Source of the DNA: Myxococcota bacterium
Lineage (GTDB): Bacteria > Myxococcota_A > UBA796 > UBA2385
Reading direction: 5' to 3'
Assembly (NCBI GenBank): GCA_044344255.1
Contig: JBIJDH010000007.1
Span: 214,082-278,081 of the forward strand
DNA length: 64,000 nt
Each line of letters starts with the position of its first letter. Within the stretch, counting starts at the first letter, position 1. The position numbers were made by a program, and so were the translations under genes. The notes under the pieces are model-generated. The model worked only from the letters and a program-made list of their open reading frames with translations. It searched no databases and was not told where the DNA came from. Below, piece by piece: positions 10,390 to 19,544 of the stretch.

Positions 10390-10851
10390 CTAAAAAAGTT
10401 TGTACCATCCGAGCGTGTAAGCGACGGTGGCCAGCGCGAAGCCGACGGCATGAGGGAGACGGGAGAGGTCCATCGGAGCCCTGCCGATCCGCGTGAGCAG
10501 GCGGTTCACGGTCAAGAGAACGATGGCCATCAGTCCGTGGAGCACGGACGCGAGCAGGATCACATGGATCGCGCCCCGCCAGTAGAGGAAGGCCCCGCAG
10601 ACCATCGCGAGCTTCACGTCCCCCCCCCCGAGCCGCTTGATCGCGAAGGGCACGATGAGGACGAGCAGGGCGGTGAAGGACCCCAAAAGAGAAAGGCCCA
10701 GCCCGACGAAGCCGTCGGCCTGAGCCTTAAACCCCAACCCGAGCAAGAGCCCAGTCAGGATCAGCGGATTTGGGATTCGCCTCTCGGACAGATCCCAGGC
10801 TGCCGCCACGCCCGTGAGGGTCCACAGAGCGACGGTCTCCCAGATGTTCAT
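10390..10851 (-). CDS. cpaA: prepilin peptidase CpaA/TadV (A24)
   Basis: WDLSERRIPN and GGGDVKL catalytic aspartate motifs. Confidence 0.93.
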   Translation of the reverse strand: MNIWETVALWTLTGVAAAWDLSERRIPNPLILTGLLLGLGFKAQADGFVGLGLSLLGSFTALLVLIVPFAIKRLGGGDVKLAMVCGAFLYWRGAIHVILLASVLHGLMAIVLLTVNRLLTRIGRAPMDLSRLPHAVGFALATVAYTLGWYKLF

Positions 10852-10908
10852 TCAATGTTCATCTGAAGGACCGCGCCCGCTGAGCCCTCTCGTGAATCGA
10901 CCTGTGAA

Positions 10909-11082
10909 TCAGGCGGTAGCCGCGTTCACGGTGTCGGACACTTCCGAGAAGAGGTTCGACAGCGCGCCGCCAAGGGCGGTGAGGGCCGCGATGATGGCGA
11001 TGGCGATGAGGGCGGCGATGAGGCCGTACTCAATTGCGGTGGCGCCAGACTCGTCCTTGATGAGGTTGTTGATGAGGTTCAT
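10909..11082 (-). CDS. flp: Flp type IVb pilin, 57 aa
   Basis: Manual translation MNLINNLIKDESGATAIEYGLIAALIAIAIIAALTALGGALSNLFSEVSDTVNAATA with the Flp G|xxxxEY motif; AGGAG RBS. Below the ORF-track cutoff. Confidence 0.96.
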   Translation of the reverse strand: MNLINNLIKDESGATAIEYGLIAALIAIAIIAALTALGGALSNLFSEVSDTVNAATA

Positions 11083-11317
11083 GGTGGGCTCCTACTGCCG
11101 TTGGGGGGGGACTAATGACGCACGAACGGAGACTGGACCAGAGTCTAAAGATCACCCCGCGAAGGGTGTCAGCGAGGGTGGCGGTTTGCCGGGGTCTGGT
11201 GGGCCGCTCTCCCTCTGCACACCTTTCTTCTACGGTCTCCGGAGCCCTCCCACAAGCGAAATCTTTCGCGGCGGTGAAAAATTTTTTTCGCCCACCCAGG
11301 TCTTCGGGGTTCCGAAT

Positions 11318-12451
11318 TCACGACAAGACTGGTTTAAGGTTGTTAATGCGGATGCAGGAGCCCCCGGTCAGAAACTGCTCGAGGGATCGGCCCGCGAGGT
11401 CCTGCCTCCAGCCCGTCCAGGCTTCAACGCCCTGCATGGCCACTCGCCGCGCCAGCTCGGGCGGCATGAGGAGGCGGGCCGCGACGCCGAGCTCGTCTTC
11501 CAAGGCCAGGGCCCAGACGGGGAGGGTGCGGGCGAGGCGGAGCTGGTCGCGGGTCAACGCGGCGGGGGGCTCGTTGCTGGAGCGGAGGGCGGCCTGGATC
11601 TGTTGGAGCAGCGCGCCGCCGTGCCGCTTCGCGAGGGCGGGGGGCAGGCGGCGGTTCTCCAGCAGGGCGCTCAGCGTGGTCGGCCGCCGCCGCGCGAGGT
11701 CGAGGGCGATGCCGTCGGAGAGGAGGTAGAAGGCGGGCTGATCGTGATTGCGGGCCTCGGCTTCACGCCAGGTGCACAGCGCGTCCAGCACGCGCCGCAC
11801 CTCGAGGGAGAAGTCGGTGGCGACGTCGAGGTTCAGCCAGCCGCGGTTCGGATCCGGGGCCACCAGCGACTCCCGCGCCAGCTCGTCGGAGGCGGCGAGG
11901 GCGGCCGCGCGGCGGTCGGCGGGCAGCCGCTCTCTCAGGACCTCCATCAAGGCCAGCGTGACGGTGGCGTCGGCGGCGGCGTAGCGGAGCTGGGCGTCGC
12001 TGAGGGGGCGCTGGGTCCAGTCGGTGAGCGATGCGCCCTTGTCGACCGTCAGCCCGAGGGCCGAGCCTGCGAGGAGGTCGAGCCGGAGCGGATAGTCGAA
12101 GCCGAGGAAGGCCGCGAGGATCTGTGTGTCCCAGACGTGGCGCGGGCGCGCGCCGGTGGCGTCGACGAGCAAGGGGACATCGAAGGTGGCGCAGTGCACC
12201 ACCCACTCCGCCTCGCAGAGCGCCGCCCCGAGAGGGCGAAGGTCGAGGACCCGACCGTCGAGCACCCAGCTCCGCCCGTCCGGGAGCGCGAGCTGGACGA
12301 GCATCAGCTCGGGCGCGTAGCGCCGCTCGGCGTGGAACTCGGTGTCTAGCGCGATCCGCGGCGCGCCGCGGAGGGCCTCGACGACGGGGATGAGCTGGTC
12401 TTGGATGCCGACCCAGACGGGAGGCGGCGGCGGCGGCGGGGGAGCGGTCAT
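11318..12451 (-). CDS. rnd: ribonuclease D (DEDD exonuclease + HRDC)
   Basis: ALDTEF, WDTQILA, TDWTQRPLSDAQLRYAAAD, WREAEARNHDQP. Confidence 0.9.
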   Translation of the reverse strand: MTAPPPPPPPPVWVGIQDQLIPVVEALRGAPRIALDTEFHAERRYAPELMLVQLALPDGRSWVLDGRVLDLRPLGAALCEAEWVVHCATFDVPLLVDATGARPRHVWDTQILAAFLGFDYPLRLDLLAGSALGLTVDKGASLTDWTQRPLSDAQLRYAAADATVTLALMEVLRERLPADRRAAALAASDELARESLVAPDPNRGWLNLDVATDFSLEVRRVLDALCTWREAEARNHDQPAFYLLSDGIALDLARRRPTTLSALLENRRLPPALAKRHGGALLQQIQAALRSSNEPPAALTRDQLRLARTLPVWALALEDELGVAARLLMPPELARRVAMQGVEAWTGWRQDLAGRSLEQFLTGGSCIRINNLKPVLS

Positions 12452-12563
12452 GGGGCATCCGGGCGGGCGGCGCGACTAACGCGACCCGCAGCGAGGGGGC
12501 TGCCGCGGCTCGATTCAGAGACGGCCGCCCCCTTCGAGATAGGTCCCGCGACCGGAGGTCGTT

Positions 12564-13646
12564 GTGGAGCTCGACGTCGCCAGCGGCTGGGCGGATCCCA
12601 GCCCCGCCGTGGCCGCCTTGGCCGTCGGCCCACAAGATGATGTCCTCTGCCTCGCGGGGACCTTCGAGGAGGCGCTCGCCCTCCTGCTCGCCGGCGCCCG
12701 GAGCGTCACCTGGGTCGAGCCGGCGCTCCCCCGGCGCGCGGTGGCCGGGCTCTACCTGTGCGCGGCGCGCGCGCTGCCGATCCAGAGCGTGCGCGCCCTC
12801 TTCGGCCATGACGCCGCAGGCCGGCGGGTCTGGTTCTACCACTATGTGCGCGCCGCGCTGGACCCCGAGCTGCGGGCCTGGTGGGACGCCCGGGAGCACC
12901 TCGTCCGACAGGGGATCGAGGCCAGCGGGCGGCTGGAGCGGCACCTCGATCGGGCCCGTCGCCTGCTCGGCTCGGCGCTCCCCTCGGCGCTCCCCTCGGC
13001 GCTGGCCCGCCGTTGGGATGACCTCCCGGGGGCCGAGCGGGCCGCCCTCGCGCAGGGCCCCTGGTGCGGCGCCGCGGGCCTGGCGGGCCTCCGGCTCGCG
13101 CTCTCCCGCCCCCTGCTCGACCGCCTCGCCCTCACCGCGGGGGGCCGCCCCGGCCTGGGGCTCGACGGCGCCGCGATCTTCGCGGGCCTCGACCGGCGGC
13201 TCCGCCTCGACAATCAGAGCCCCGGCCCCTATGCGCGGCGCCTGCTGCTCGGCGGCTGGGGTGAGGGTGCGGGAGCCCCCCTCCACCTGCGGGCCGAGGG
13301 GGTGCGGGGCCTGCCCCCGGTCGTGGAGGGCCTGAAGGTGCTCCCGATCGAGCCGTTCGCCGCGCTCCGGGCCCTCTCGGCGGGGGTCTTCTCGGCGCTG
13401 CACCTTGGGGATCTCCTGCTGCGAGCGGATGAAGGCAAGGTGGAGGTCGGCTCGCTCTGGGCGGCGCTGCTCCGGGTCGCTCGGCCGGACGCTCGGCTCG
13501 TCTGGAGAGACCGCGCGCGGCCCTCCGGTCCCCCGCGCCTCCTCCCGCCCGCGATCTCGTCCGATCCCGCCGAGGACCGGGCCCTCGCCGAGCTCGATCA
13601 GGGCTTCTTCTGCGCCCCCCTCCGTGTCGGCCGGCAGGGGGGGTAA
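12564..13646 (+). CDS. DUF3419/BtaA-like SAM-dependent protein, divergent
   Basis: WADPSPAVAALAVGPQDDVLCLAG...ALALLLAGARSV resembles the BtaA N-terminus; C-terminal RVARPDARLVWR. Confidence 0.6.
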   Translation: MELDVASGWADPSPAVAALAVGPQDDVLCLAGTFEEALALLLAGARSVTWVEPALPRRAVAGLYLCAARALPIQSVRALFGHDAAGRRVWFYHYVRAALDPELRAWWDAREHLVRQGIEASGRLERHLDRARRLLGSALPSALPSALARRWDDLPGAERAALAQGPWCGAAGLAGLRLALSRPLLDRLALTAGGRPGLGLDGAAIFAGLDRRLRLDNQSPGPYARRLLLGGWGEGAGAPLHLRAEGVRGLPPVVEGLKVLPIEPFAALRALSAGVFSALHLGDLLLRADEGKVEVGSLWAALLRVARPDARLVWRDRARPSGPPRLLPPAISSDPAEDRALAELDQGFFCAPLRVGRQGG

Positions 13647-13773
13647 AAAGGGGGCTGAGCGGCCCGCCAGACTCGCCGCGCGCCCCTGGACCGCCCTCCG
13701 CTCAGTGGGTAGACCGCGCGAGCGCTCGGTCCGCACCGAGCGCCCACCCTCGCTCGAGCACCCCGGAGGTCCC

Positions 13774-15504
13774 GTGAGCAGCCCCCTTGACGCCCTGATC
13801 GCGGCCGCCCGCGACTGGATGACGGCCGACCCCGACCCCGAGACCGTCCACCTGGCCGAGGCCCTGATCGAGCGCCAGGACGCGGCGGCCCTCGAGGCCT
13901 GCTTCGGCGCCATGCTCGAGTTCGGCACCGCCGGCCTCCGCGGGCGGCTCGGTCCGGGGCCCGGCTGCATGAACCGCGCGTTGGTGCGCCTCGTGGCCAG
14001 CGCGCTCGGGCGCTACCTCCACGCGAGCCTGGCGAACGCGACCGAGCGCGGCGTGGTTGTGGGCTACGATGGGCGTAAGAACAGCCGGATCTTCGCTGAG
14101 GATACCGTGGCCGTCCTGATGGGGCAGGGCTACCGCGCCGTGCTCTTCGAGGCCGTCTGTTCAACGCCGGAGCTGGCCCACTCTGTCGGCTTCCTCGGCG
14201 CCGCCGCGGGGGTGATGGTCACCGCCAGCCACAACCCGCCCGAGGACAACGGCTACAAGGTCTATTGGGAGAACGGGGCCCAGATCATCCCGCCGCATGA
14301 CGGAGGCATCTCGGCCATCTTCCGCGCAACGGGCGCCGCTGCGGCGGGCGCGGCGCCGAACTTCGCGGATTGGGTGGGCGATCCCCGCCTCCAGGCCCCG
14401 CCGCCGGCCGTCTGGGAGGACTACAGCCGCCGGGTCCTCGCGGGGCGTGTCCATCACCCTTCGGTGGGGCTCCGCGCCGTGTACACGGCGATGCACGGGG
14501 TCGGCTGGGCGCCCCTGTCACGCATGGTCGCCCTGTCGGGCCATGCCCCGCTCATCCCCGTGGTCGAGCAGCGTGACCCCGACGCGCTCTTCCCCACGGT
14601 GCGCTTCCCGAACCCCGAGGAGCCGGGCGCGCTCGACCTCGCGCTGGCCCTCGCCCGCCGGTCGGAGGCCGAGCTCATCCTCGCCAATGACCCCGACGCC
14701 GACCGCCTCGCGGTGGCGATCCCCGACGGGGCCGGCTGGCGGGTCCTGAGCGGGAACGAAGTGGGGGTGCTGCTCGCCGACGATCGGCTCACCCACGGCC
14801 CGCAGGGCGCGCGTCGCCTCGTCGCCACCTCCATCGTGAGCACGAGCCTGCTCCGCCGGGTCGCGGACGCCCATGGTGTGGACTACGCCGAGACGCTCAC
14901 CGGCTTCAAGTGGATCGCCAACGCGGCCATCGCCTATCCGGGCGACTTCGTGATGGGCTTCGAGGAGGCGCTCGGCTACTCTCTCGGTGACGTCGTGCGC
15001 GACAAAGACGGGGTCAGCGCCGCCCTCGCGATGCTCGACCTCGCCGCCTGGTGTAAGGCCGAGGGGCGCACTCTCTTGCAGCACCTGGAGTCGGTCTATC
15101 GGCGGTATGGCTACGCGGGGGGCGGCCAGCGCTCGATCACGCTGCCGGGCCTCGACGGGGGTGAGCGGATCCGCGCGATGATGGCGCGCCTCCGGGCCTC
15201 CCCGCCCTCGACGCTGGGCGGCGCCGCGGTCCTTCGCCTGCGGGATCTGTCGGCGCAGGTCTGTCGCCACCTCCAGACGGGCGCCGAGACCCTCATCGAT
15301 CTCCCCGCCGCCGACGTGCTCGCCTTTGACCTCGAGGACGGCGGTCGGGTCCTCGCCCGGCCGTCGGGGACCGAGCCGAAGATCAAGTTCTACGCCGAGG
15401 TCCTCGAGGTGATGAGCGACACCGACACGCTCGCCGCCGTCGAGGCCCGCGGCCGCGCCCGCTCGAGCGCGCTGCTGGCCGAGATCGTGGGCCTCGCGAG
15501 CTGA
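13774..15504 (+). CDS. phosphoglucomutase/phosphomannomutase family
   Basis: FGTAGLRG, TASHNP, DPDADR, GFEEALG, RPSGTEPKIKFY; GTG start after GGAGG. Confidence 0.95.
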   Translation: MSSPLDALIAAARDWMTADPDPETVHLAEALIERQDAAALEACFGAMLEFGTAGLRGRLGPGPGCMNRALVRLVASALGRYLHASLANATERGVVVGYDGRKNSRIFAEDTVAVLMGQGYRAVLFEAVCSTPELAHSVGFLGAAAGVMVTASHNPPEDNGYKVYWENGAQIIPPHDGGISAIFRATGAAAAGAAPNFADWVGDPRLQAPPPAVWEDYSRRVLAGRVHHPSVGLRAVYTAMHGVGWAPLSRMVALSGHAPLIPVVEQRDPDALFPTVRFPNPEEPGALDLALALARRSEAELILANDPDADRLAVAIPDGAGWRVLSGNEVGVLLADDRLTHGPQGARRLVATSIVSTSLLRRVADAHGVDYAETLTGFKWIANAAIAYPGDFVMGFEEALGYSLGDVVRDKDGVSAALAMLDLAAWCKAEGRTLLQHLESVYRRYGYAGGGQRSITLPGLDGGERIRAMMARLRASPPSTLGGAAVLRLRDLSAQVCRHLQTGAETLIDLPAADVLAFDLEDGGRVLARPSGTEPKIKFYAEVLEVMSDTDTLAAVEARGRARSSALLAEIVGLAS

Positions 15505-15528
15505 GCGCGGTCGAGCGGCCGCCGCTGC

Positions 15529-18270
15529 TCAGGGGCGCCAGGGCGGGCGCGCCGCCTGGGCGGACCGGGCCTTTCGCTGGGCCCAGGGGTCCGGGTCGGC
15601 CGCCGCGACAGAGGCGATGAGCGGCGCCACCTCCTTGCCCCCGACGCGGATGAGCAGCTCCAGCACGAGGCGCCGGGCGGCGGGCGTGGGGAAGTTGCCG
15701 GCCCGCCAGAGGGAGACCAGCGCCGGCCGCGCCACCTCGACGGGGAGCGTGGTGAGGGACTCGGCGGCGTTGAAGCGCACGAGCGCGCTCTCGTCGAGGA
15801 GCAGCGGTAGGAGGCGGTCGGGGGACACCTTCGCGGCGCCGAGGGCGAGGGCGGCGACCGCGCGCACCGCCGGCTCCGGATCATGGGCGAGCCGGTCGAG
15901 GAGGGGCGGATCGGTCTTCCAGGCGAGGATCGCGGTGGCCGCGGCCTCTCGGAGCAGCGGGCCGCCGTCTCGGACGAGGGGCTCGAGCGCGAGGGCGGTG
16001 CCGGCGGGATCGACCCCGAGCTCCCCGAGCCAGCGCACGACCCAGCGCTCGGCGGAGAAGGGTGGGCCTGCGGCGAGGTAGGCGAGGAGGGTGGACTGGA
16101 GCGCGGGGTCGGCGGCGGGCGAGCGCAGGGCCCGGAAGAGGGCGTCGAGCGTGTAACACTCGGCCAGGATGTCCCGCTCCAAGGCGGGGAGGAGCCGCGC
16201 GAAGGCGGCGGGGCCTCCCTGGACGAGCTCGGCACGGGCGGCGGCACACTCCACTGGGGCCGCGCAGCCCACCGAGTCGGCGCGGGCGAGGTCGGCGAGG
16301 GCGTCGGCGGAGGCCGGGGGGCGCCCGGAGGGGGCGGCGGGCGGCGGGTCGCGGAGCACGCGCATCGGCGGCAGCGCCCCCTGCGGATCGGGCGGGGGCA
16401 GCCGTGCGGGATTGTCGATCGCCACGCCGTAGACCCAGGGCTGGGCCACGGCGTCGTCGCCAGGGGGCCCGTCGTAGCGGTCGGCGCCCGCGCCGTCGAT
16501 GAAGACGCCGATCGAGCCGCGGCTGCGGTCGTATCGCCCCTGTCCGCGGGAGGGCGCGAGGCGGGCGAGGTAGCCGTCGTCTCCGGCGAGGTCGAGGAAG
16601 AAGGTGGTGGAGTTGGTGAGCGAGCCGGCCTGGGCCGTGGAATTCCCGGCGTAGAGGTCGTCGCCGCTGCGGTCGATGAGCCAGCCCACCGAGAGGTCAT
16701 GGGAGCTGCCCTGCACGATGTTGCCGCCGGAGTAGGCGTCATTCCCCGCGAGATCGAAGAGGCCGCCCACCGAGAGATGAATGCCCGAGCCCTGTCCATA
16801 TTGGTACATGCCGTATCGGTCATTCCCCAGTCGGTCGACCAGATAGCCGCGGGAGAACCAATAGGAGCAGCCTTGGCCGAAGAGGTCGGCCACGTAGGCG
16901 TCGTTTCCGCTGTCATCGACCAGCAGCCCGAGCCCGCCCCCCGCGTCGGGGCGGAGCCCGATGGAGAAGCCCTGCGAGAGGGAGAGGGTGTGGTCGGGCA
17001 GGCGAGTGGGCATGTCGGGATACCGCCCGCCCGCACGATAGACATCGTCTCCGCCGCCCTCCCAGAGCGCCCCGACCCCGCGGACGCCGGCGAAGCCCTG
17101 GGCGTAGCCGGCCGCGTCGTAGGTGTCGGAGCCGGCGGCGTCGAGCAGGAGCCCCACCCCGCCGAAGCCGGCGCCCTCGGTGGTGGCGCCCCCGCGGTAG
17201 CTGTCGTCGCCCCCGCGATCGAGCAGGATCCCCACGCCGAGCACCCCGGCGCCGAGCGCGGCGTTGGCCGGTCGGTCCCCCTCGAGCGCCCGATAGGAGT
17301 CATTCCCGGCGCTGTCGATGAGCACCGAGACCCCGCCGACGCTGCCGCCGAGCGTGCCGTCGCCGCCGGTCCAGCGGTCGTCGCCCGAGCGGTCGAGGTG
17401 GACCTCCACGAGCGCCGGGCGCGCCAGATAGAGGTCATCCCCGCCCGGATCGAGGGTCAGAGCCGCGTCGAAGCGGTCGGCGCCGAGGCTGCCGAGCTGC
17501 ACGACACGGTCGCCGAAGGTGAGGTCTGTCCGGGTGGTCGGCCAGGCCTCGGCGGGGAGGGAGCCCAGCGCGGCCTCGACCCGGAGGCTCCGGGCCACCA
17601 CCTGGGCCGCGCTCGTGAGGTCGAGGGGCCGCCGCTCGAGGGCCCCGAGCAGCGCGAGGCTGCGGCGCTGGGTCTCCGTGGCGTCCCAGCGATCCTCGCC
17701 GTCGGGCGCGAGCAGGGTCCGGAGCGTCTCCTGCTCCTCGGGGCTCCAACCGGACAGGCCGTCGGTCACGGGCGCGCCGAGGAGGTCACAGATCGCGGCC
17801 TGGAGCCGGGGATCGAGGCCTCGCCAGGCCCGCCGCGAGGCGCGGTCCGGCGCGCAGGGCGTCGCGGGGACCGGGTAGACCCGCAGGGACTCCTGGTAGA
17901 GCGGGCTGACCGCTGAGAGCGCCGCGAGCGGCTCCCCCGCGGCCTCCGACAGGGCGCCGCTCCAGCGCGCCGCGTCGGTGGGCATCGAGAGCGGATCGTG
18001 GAGGAGGGCCTCGATGCCGGGCAAGCGCCAGCGGTCGCGTCGGTTGCCGTCCGACTGCAGGCTGTCCTTCTCAAAGGCGAGGTCGGCGGCGGTCAGATCG
18101 GCGGCGGCCAGGGCCTGGAGCACCACCGTCCGGTCCTCCGGCCGCAGCAGGGGGTCGGCGCCGAGCGCCTCGTTGGGGAGGCCGGCGAGGGCCAGAAGGA
18201 GCAGCAGGGGGCGTGACCTTCGGACAAGCCAACGGTCAGCGGGGGTGCGGGGAGTGGGGGAGGTCGGCAT
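15529..18270 (-). CDS. secreted protein with ~12 DxxG[DN]DxY repeats and C-terminal HEAT repeats
   Basis: Signal-like N-terminus; repeats such as LIDSAGNDSY, LLDRGGDDSY, LVDDSGNDAY; HEAT-like DPEPAVRAVAALAL. Confidence 0.8.
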   Translation of the reverse strand: MPTSPTPRTPADRWLVRRSRPLLLLLALAGLPNEALGADPLLRPEDRTVVLQALAAADLTAADLAFEKDSLQSDGNRRDRWRLPGIEALLHDPLSMPTDAARWSGALSEAAGEPLAALSAVSPLYQESLRVYPVPATPCAPDRASRRAWRGLDPRLQAAICDLLGAPVTDGLSGWSPEEQETLRTLLAPDGEDRWDATETQRRSLALLGALERRPLDLTSAAQVVARSLRVEAALGSLPAEAWPTTRTDLTFGDRVVQLGSLGADRFDAALTLDPGGDDLYLARPALVEVHLDRSGDDRWTGGDGTLGGSVGGVSVLIDSAGNDSYRALEGDRPANAALGAGVLGVGILLDRGGDDSYRGGATTEGAGFGGVGLLLDAAGSDTYDAAGYAQGFAGVRGVGALWEGGGDDVYRAGGRYPDMPTRLPDHTLSLSQGFSIGLRPDAGGGLGLLVDDSGNDAYVADLFGQGCSYWFSRGYLVDRLGNDRYGMYQYGQGSGIHLSVGGLFDLAGNDAYSGGNIVQGSSHDLSVGWLIDRSGDDLYAGNSTAQAGSLTNSTTFFLDLAGDDGYLARLAPSRGQGRYDRSRGSIGVFIDGAGADRYDGPPGDDAVAQPWVYGVAIDNPARLPPPDPQGALPPMRVLRDPPPAAPSGRPPASADALADLARADSVGCAAPVECAAARAELVQGGPAAFARLLPALERDILAECYTLDALFRALRSPAADPALQSTLLAYLAAGPPFSAERWVVRWLGELGVDPAGTALALEPLVRDGGPLLREAAATAILAWKTDPPLLDRLAHDPEPAVRAVAALALGAAKVSPDRLLPLLLDESALVRFNAAESLTTLPVEVARPALVSLWRAGNFPTPAARRLVLELLIRVGGKEVAPLIASVAAADPDPWAQRKARSAQAARPPWRP

Positions 18271-18476
18271 CGGGCCAGTCTACGACACGCCGCGGCGGGC
18301 TGTCGGCGCCTGTGGGTGCCCGGAACCGAGGCGAGGCCGATGTAGGGAGTGTTCCAGGGGCCTTGCCGATCGCCGAACGCGCCGGGGCCCGCATCCGCCC
18401 GAGCAGGGGAGAAGGCGGATGGTGACAGGGCGGGCCATGGGGCGACCAGAGTCCGTTCCCCGTGGGTCGTCCGAGG

Positions 18477-18496
18477 GCATTCATCCTTCCTATCCG
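18477..18496 (+). mobile_element. IS91/ISCR oriIS-like end
   Basis: GCATTCATCCTTCCTATCCG resembles the TTCCTAT-containing oriIS terminus as I recall it; an inverted partner lies at 19256-19272. Confidence 0.5.
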
Positions 18497-18540
18497 ATCC
18501 GCTCCACGGGATCTCGCGAGACACAGCGGTCAGTCTATGA

Positions 18541-19155
18541 TTACTTCATTCGGGTAATTTGGATGTGGTAGAAATTGATGTCAGTGTATTGAAAATCACA
18601 GTTCAATTCGATTGTCGTTACATCTTGCCTGCAATCGCCGCGCGGTGTCGCCACGACGTCGCGAAACCCAAATCGCATGTCACCCCTCGCGCACTGGTCT
18701 TGCGGGACCCAATCAATGCTGACGTTTACCGTTCCGGAGTCGCCTTCGAAGTAGCACCACTCAGATTCTGAGTCATCCGATTCGGCGCGCGCATGAATAA
18801 ACACGTCGCCGGGAGACAGATAATCTCTGACGGTTATGTCGATTGGACCAACGTCCTCACAGGTCGAGGGTGGGCCAGGACCCTCGAAGCCAACGTACTC
18901 CATGGGAAAGGAGAATTCGACCAGGTACTCGGTGCCTTTGTAGTGCCCGGCCCAGAACCACTGACCCCGCTCTGGAACGGACTGACTCGGGTAACCGAGA
19001 ATTGTATACCCGTCTTCTGACTCGGGAGAGCCCAAGTGCTGGCAAAAGTCTGGATCGAGAGATGGCTTTGTCTTGTCGGCACAGCCGAATGAAAATAGTG
19101 CGGAACCAAGAAGGGCACATCCGACCCTCGATAGGCGTCCGTCGCCGCAGTCCAT
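18541..19155 (-). CDS. hypothetical lipoprotein, visibly lower GC
   Basis: Lipobox SFGC, Cys-containing body, many A/T third positions; start uncertain. Confidence 0.65.
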   Translation of the reverse strand: MDCGDGRLSRVGCALLGSALFSFGCADKTKPSLDPDFCQHLGSPESEDGYTILGYPSQSVPERGQWFWAGHYKGTEYLVEFSFPMEYVGFEGPGPPSTCEDVGPIDITVRDYLSPGDVFIHARAESDDSESEWCYFEGDSGTVNVSIDWVPQDQCARGDMRFGFRDVVATPRGDCRQDVTTIELNCDFQYTDINFYHIQITRMK

Positions 19156-19255
19156 CGGGAAAAGAGTGCCGGGGGTGGACAATTTCCGCTTCCAAACCGG
19201 CGGGGTCAGGACTCTGCAGTTAACCGGTCTGCGGCGACGCAATCCGGTCGCAGGA

Positions 19256-19413
19256 GATAGGGCGCATGAATGGCGGGGAGCGGTCATGGCGCTCAGCCTA
19301 CCACAGGTCACCGCTACCCTCGCTCTCCCGGCGTACCGCCCCGACGGGGCGTCCTTCCGCGAACACCCGATAGAGGATCTCGCCCCAGGAGGGCCGGAGG
19401 CGCCTGCGCTTCA
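19256..19413 (-). mobile_element. IS91-family transposase C-terminal remnant plus oriIS-like end
   Basis: MKRRRLRPSWGEILYRVFAE (19355-19413) resembles the WxxLLxRVF motif of Y2 transposases; followed in the same orientation by CATTCAT-N4-CCTATC. Confidence 0.5.
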
Positions 19414-19503
19414 TCTGCCCCTTCTGCCGCACAGGGGGCCTGGAAACAGGGCAGACGGACCGCGCGGCCGCGGCCGCTGCGGGATCAGGGTAGGAGGGGG
19501 GTG

Positions 19504-19519
19504 CGGTACGCCGCTTGCG
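19504..19519 (+). promoter_or_regulatory. possible sigma54 promoter
   Basis: CGGTACGCCGCTTGCG, GG-N10-GC spacing, just upstream of GGAGG and ATG 19545. Confidence 0.45.
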
Positions 19520-19544
19520 TGGTTGGTCGAACGGAGGCACCCCC

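Noticed and set aside
11130..11200. c-di-GMP-I riboswitch call
   Set aside because: Only GGCAAACC matches; the GNRA-capped stem and GACGCAAAG segment are not visible. Kept only as a weak finding.
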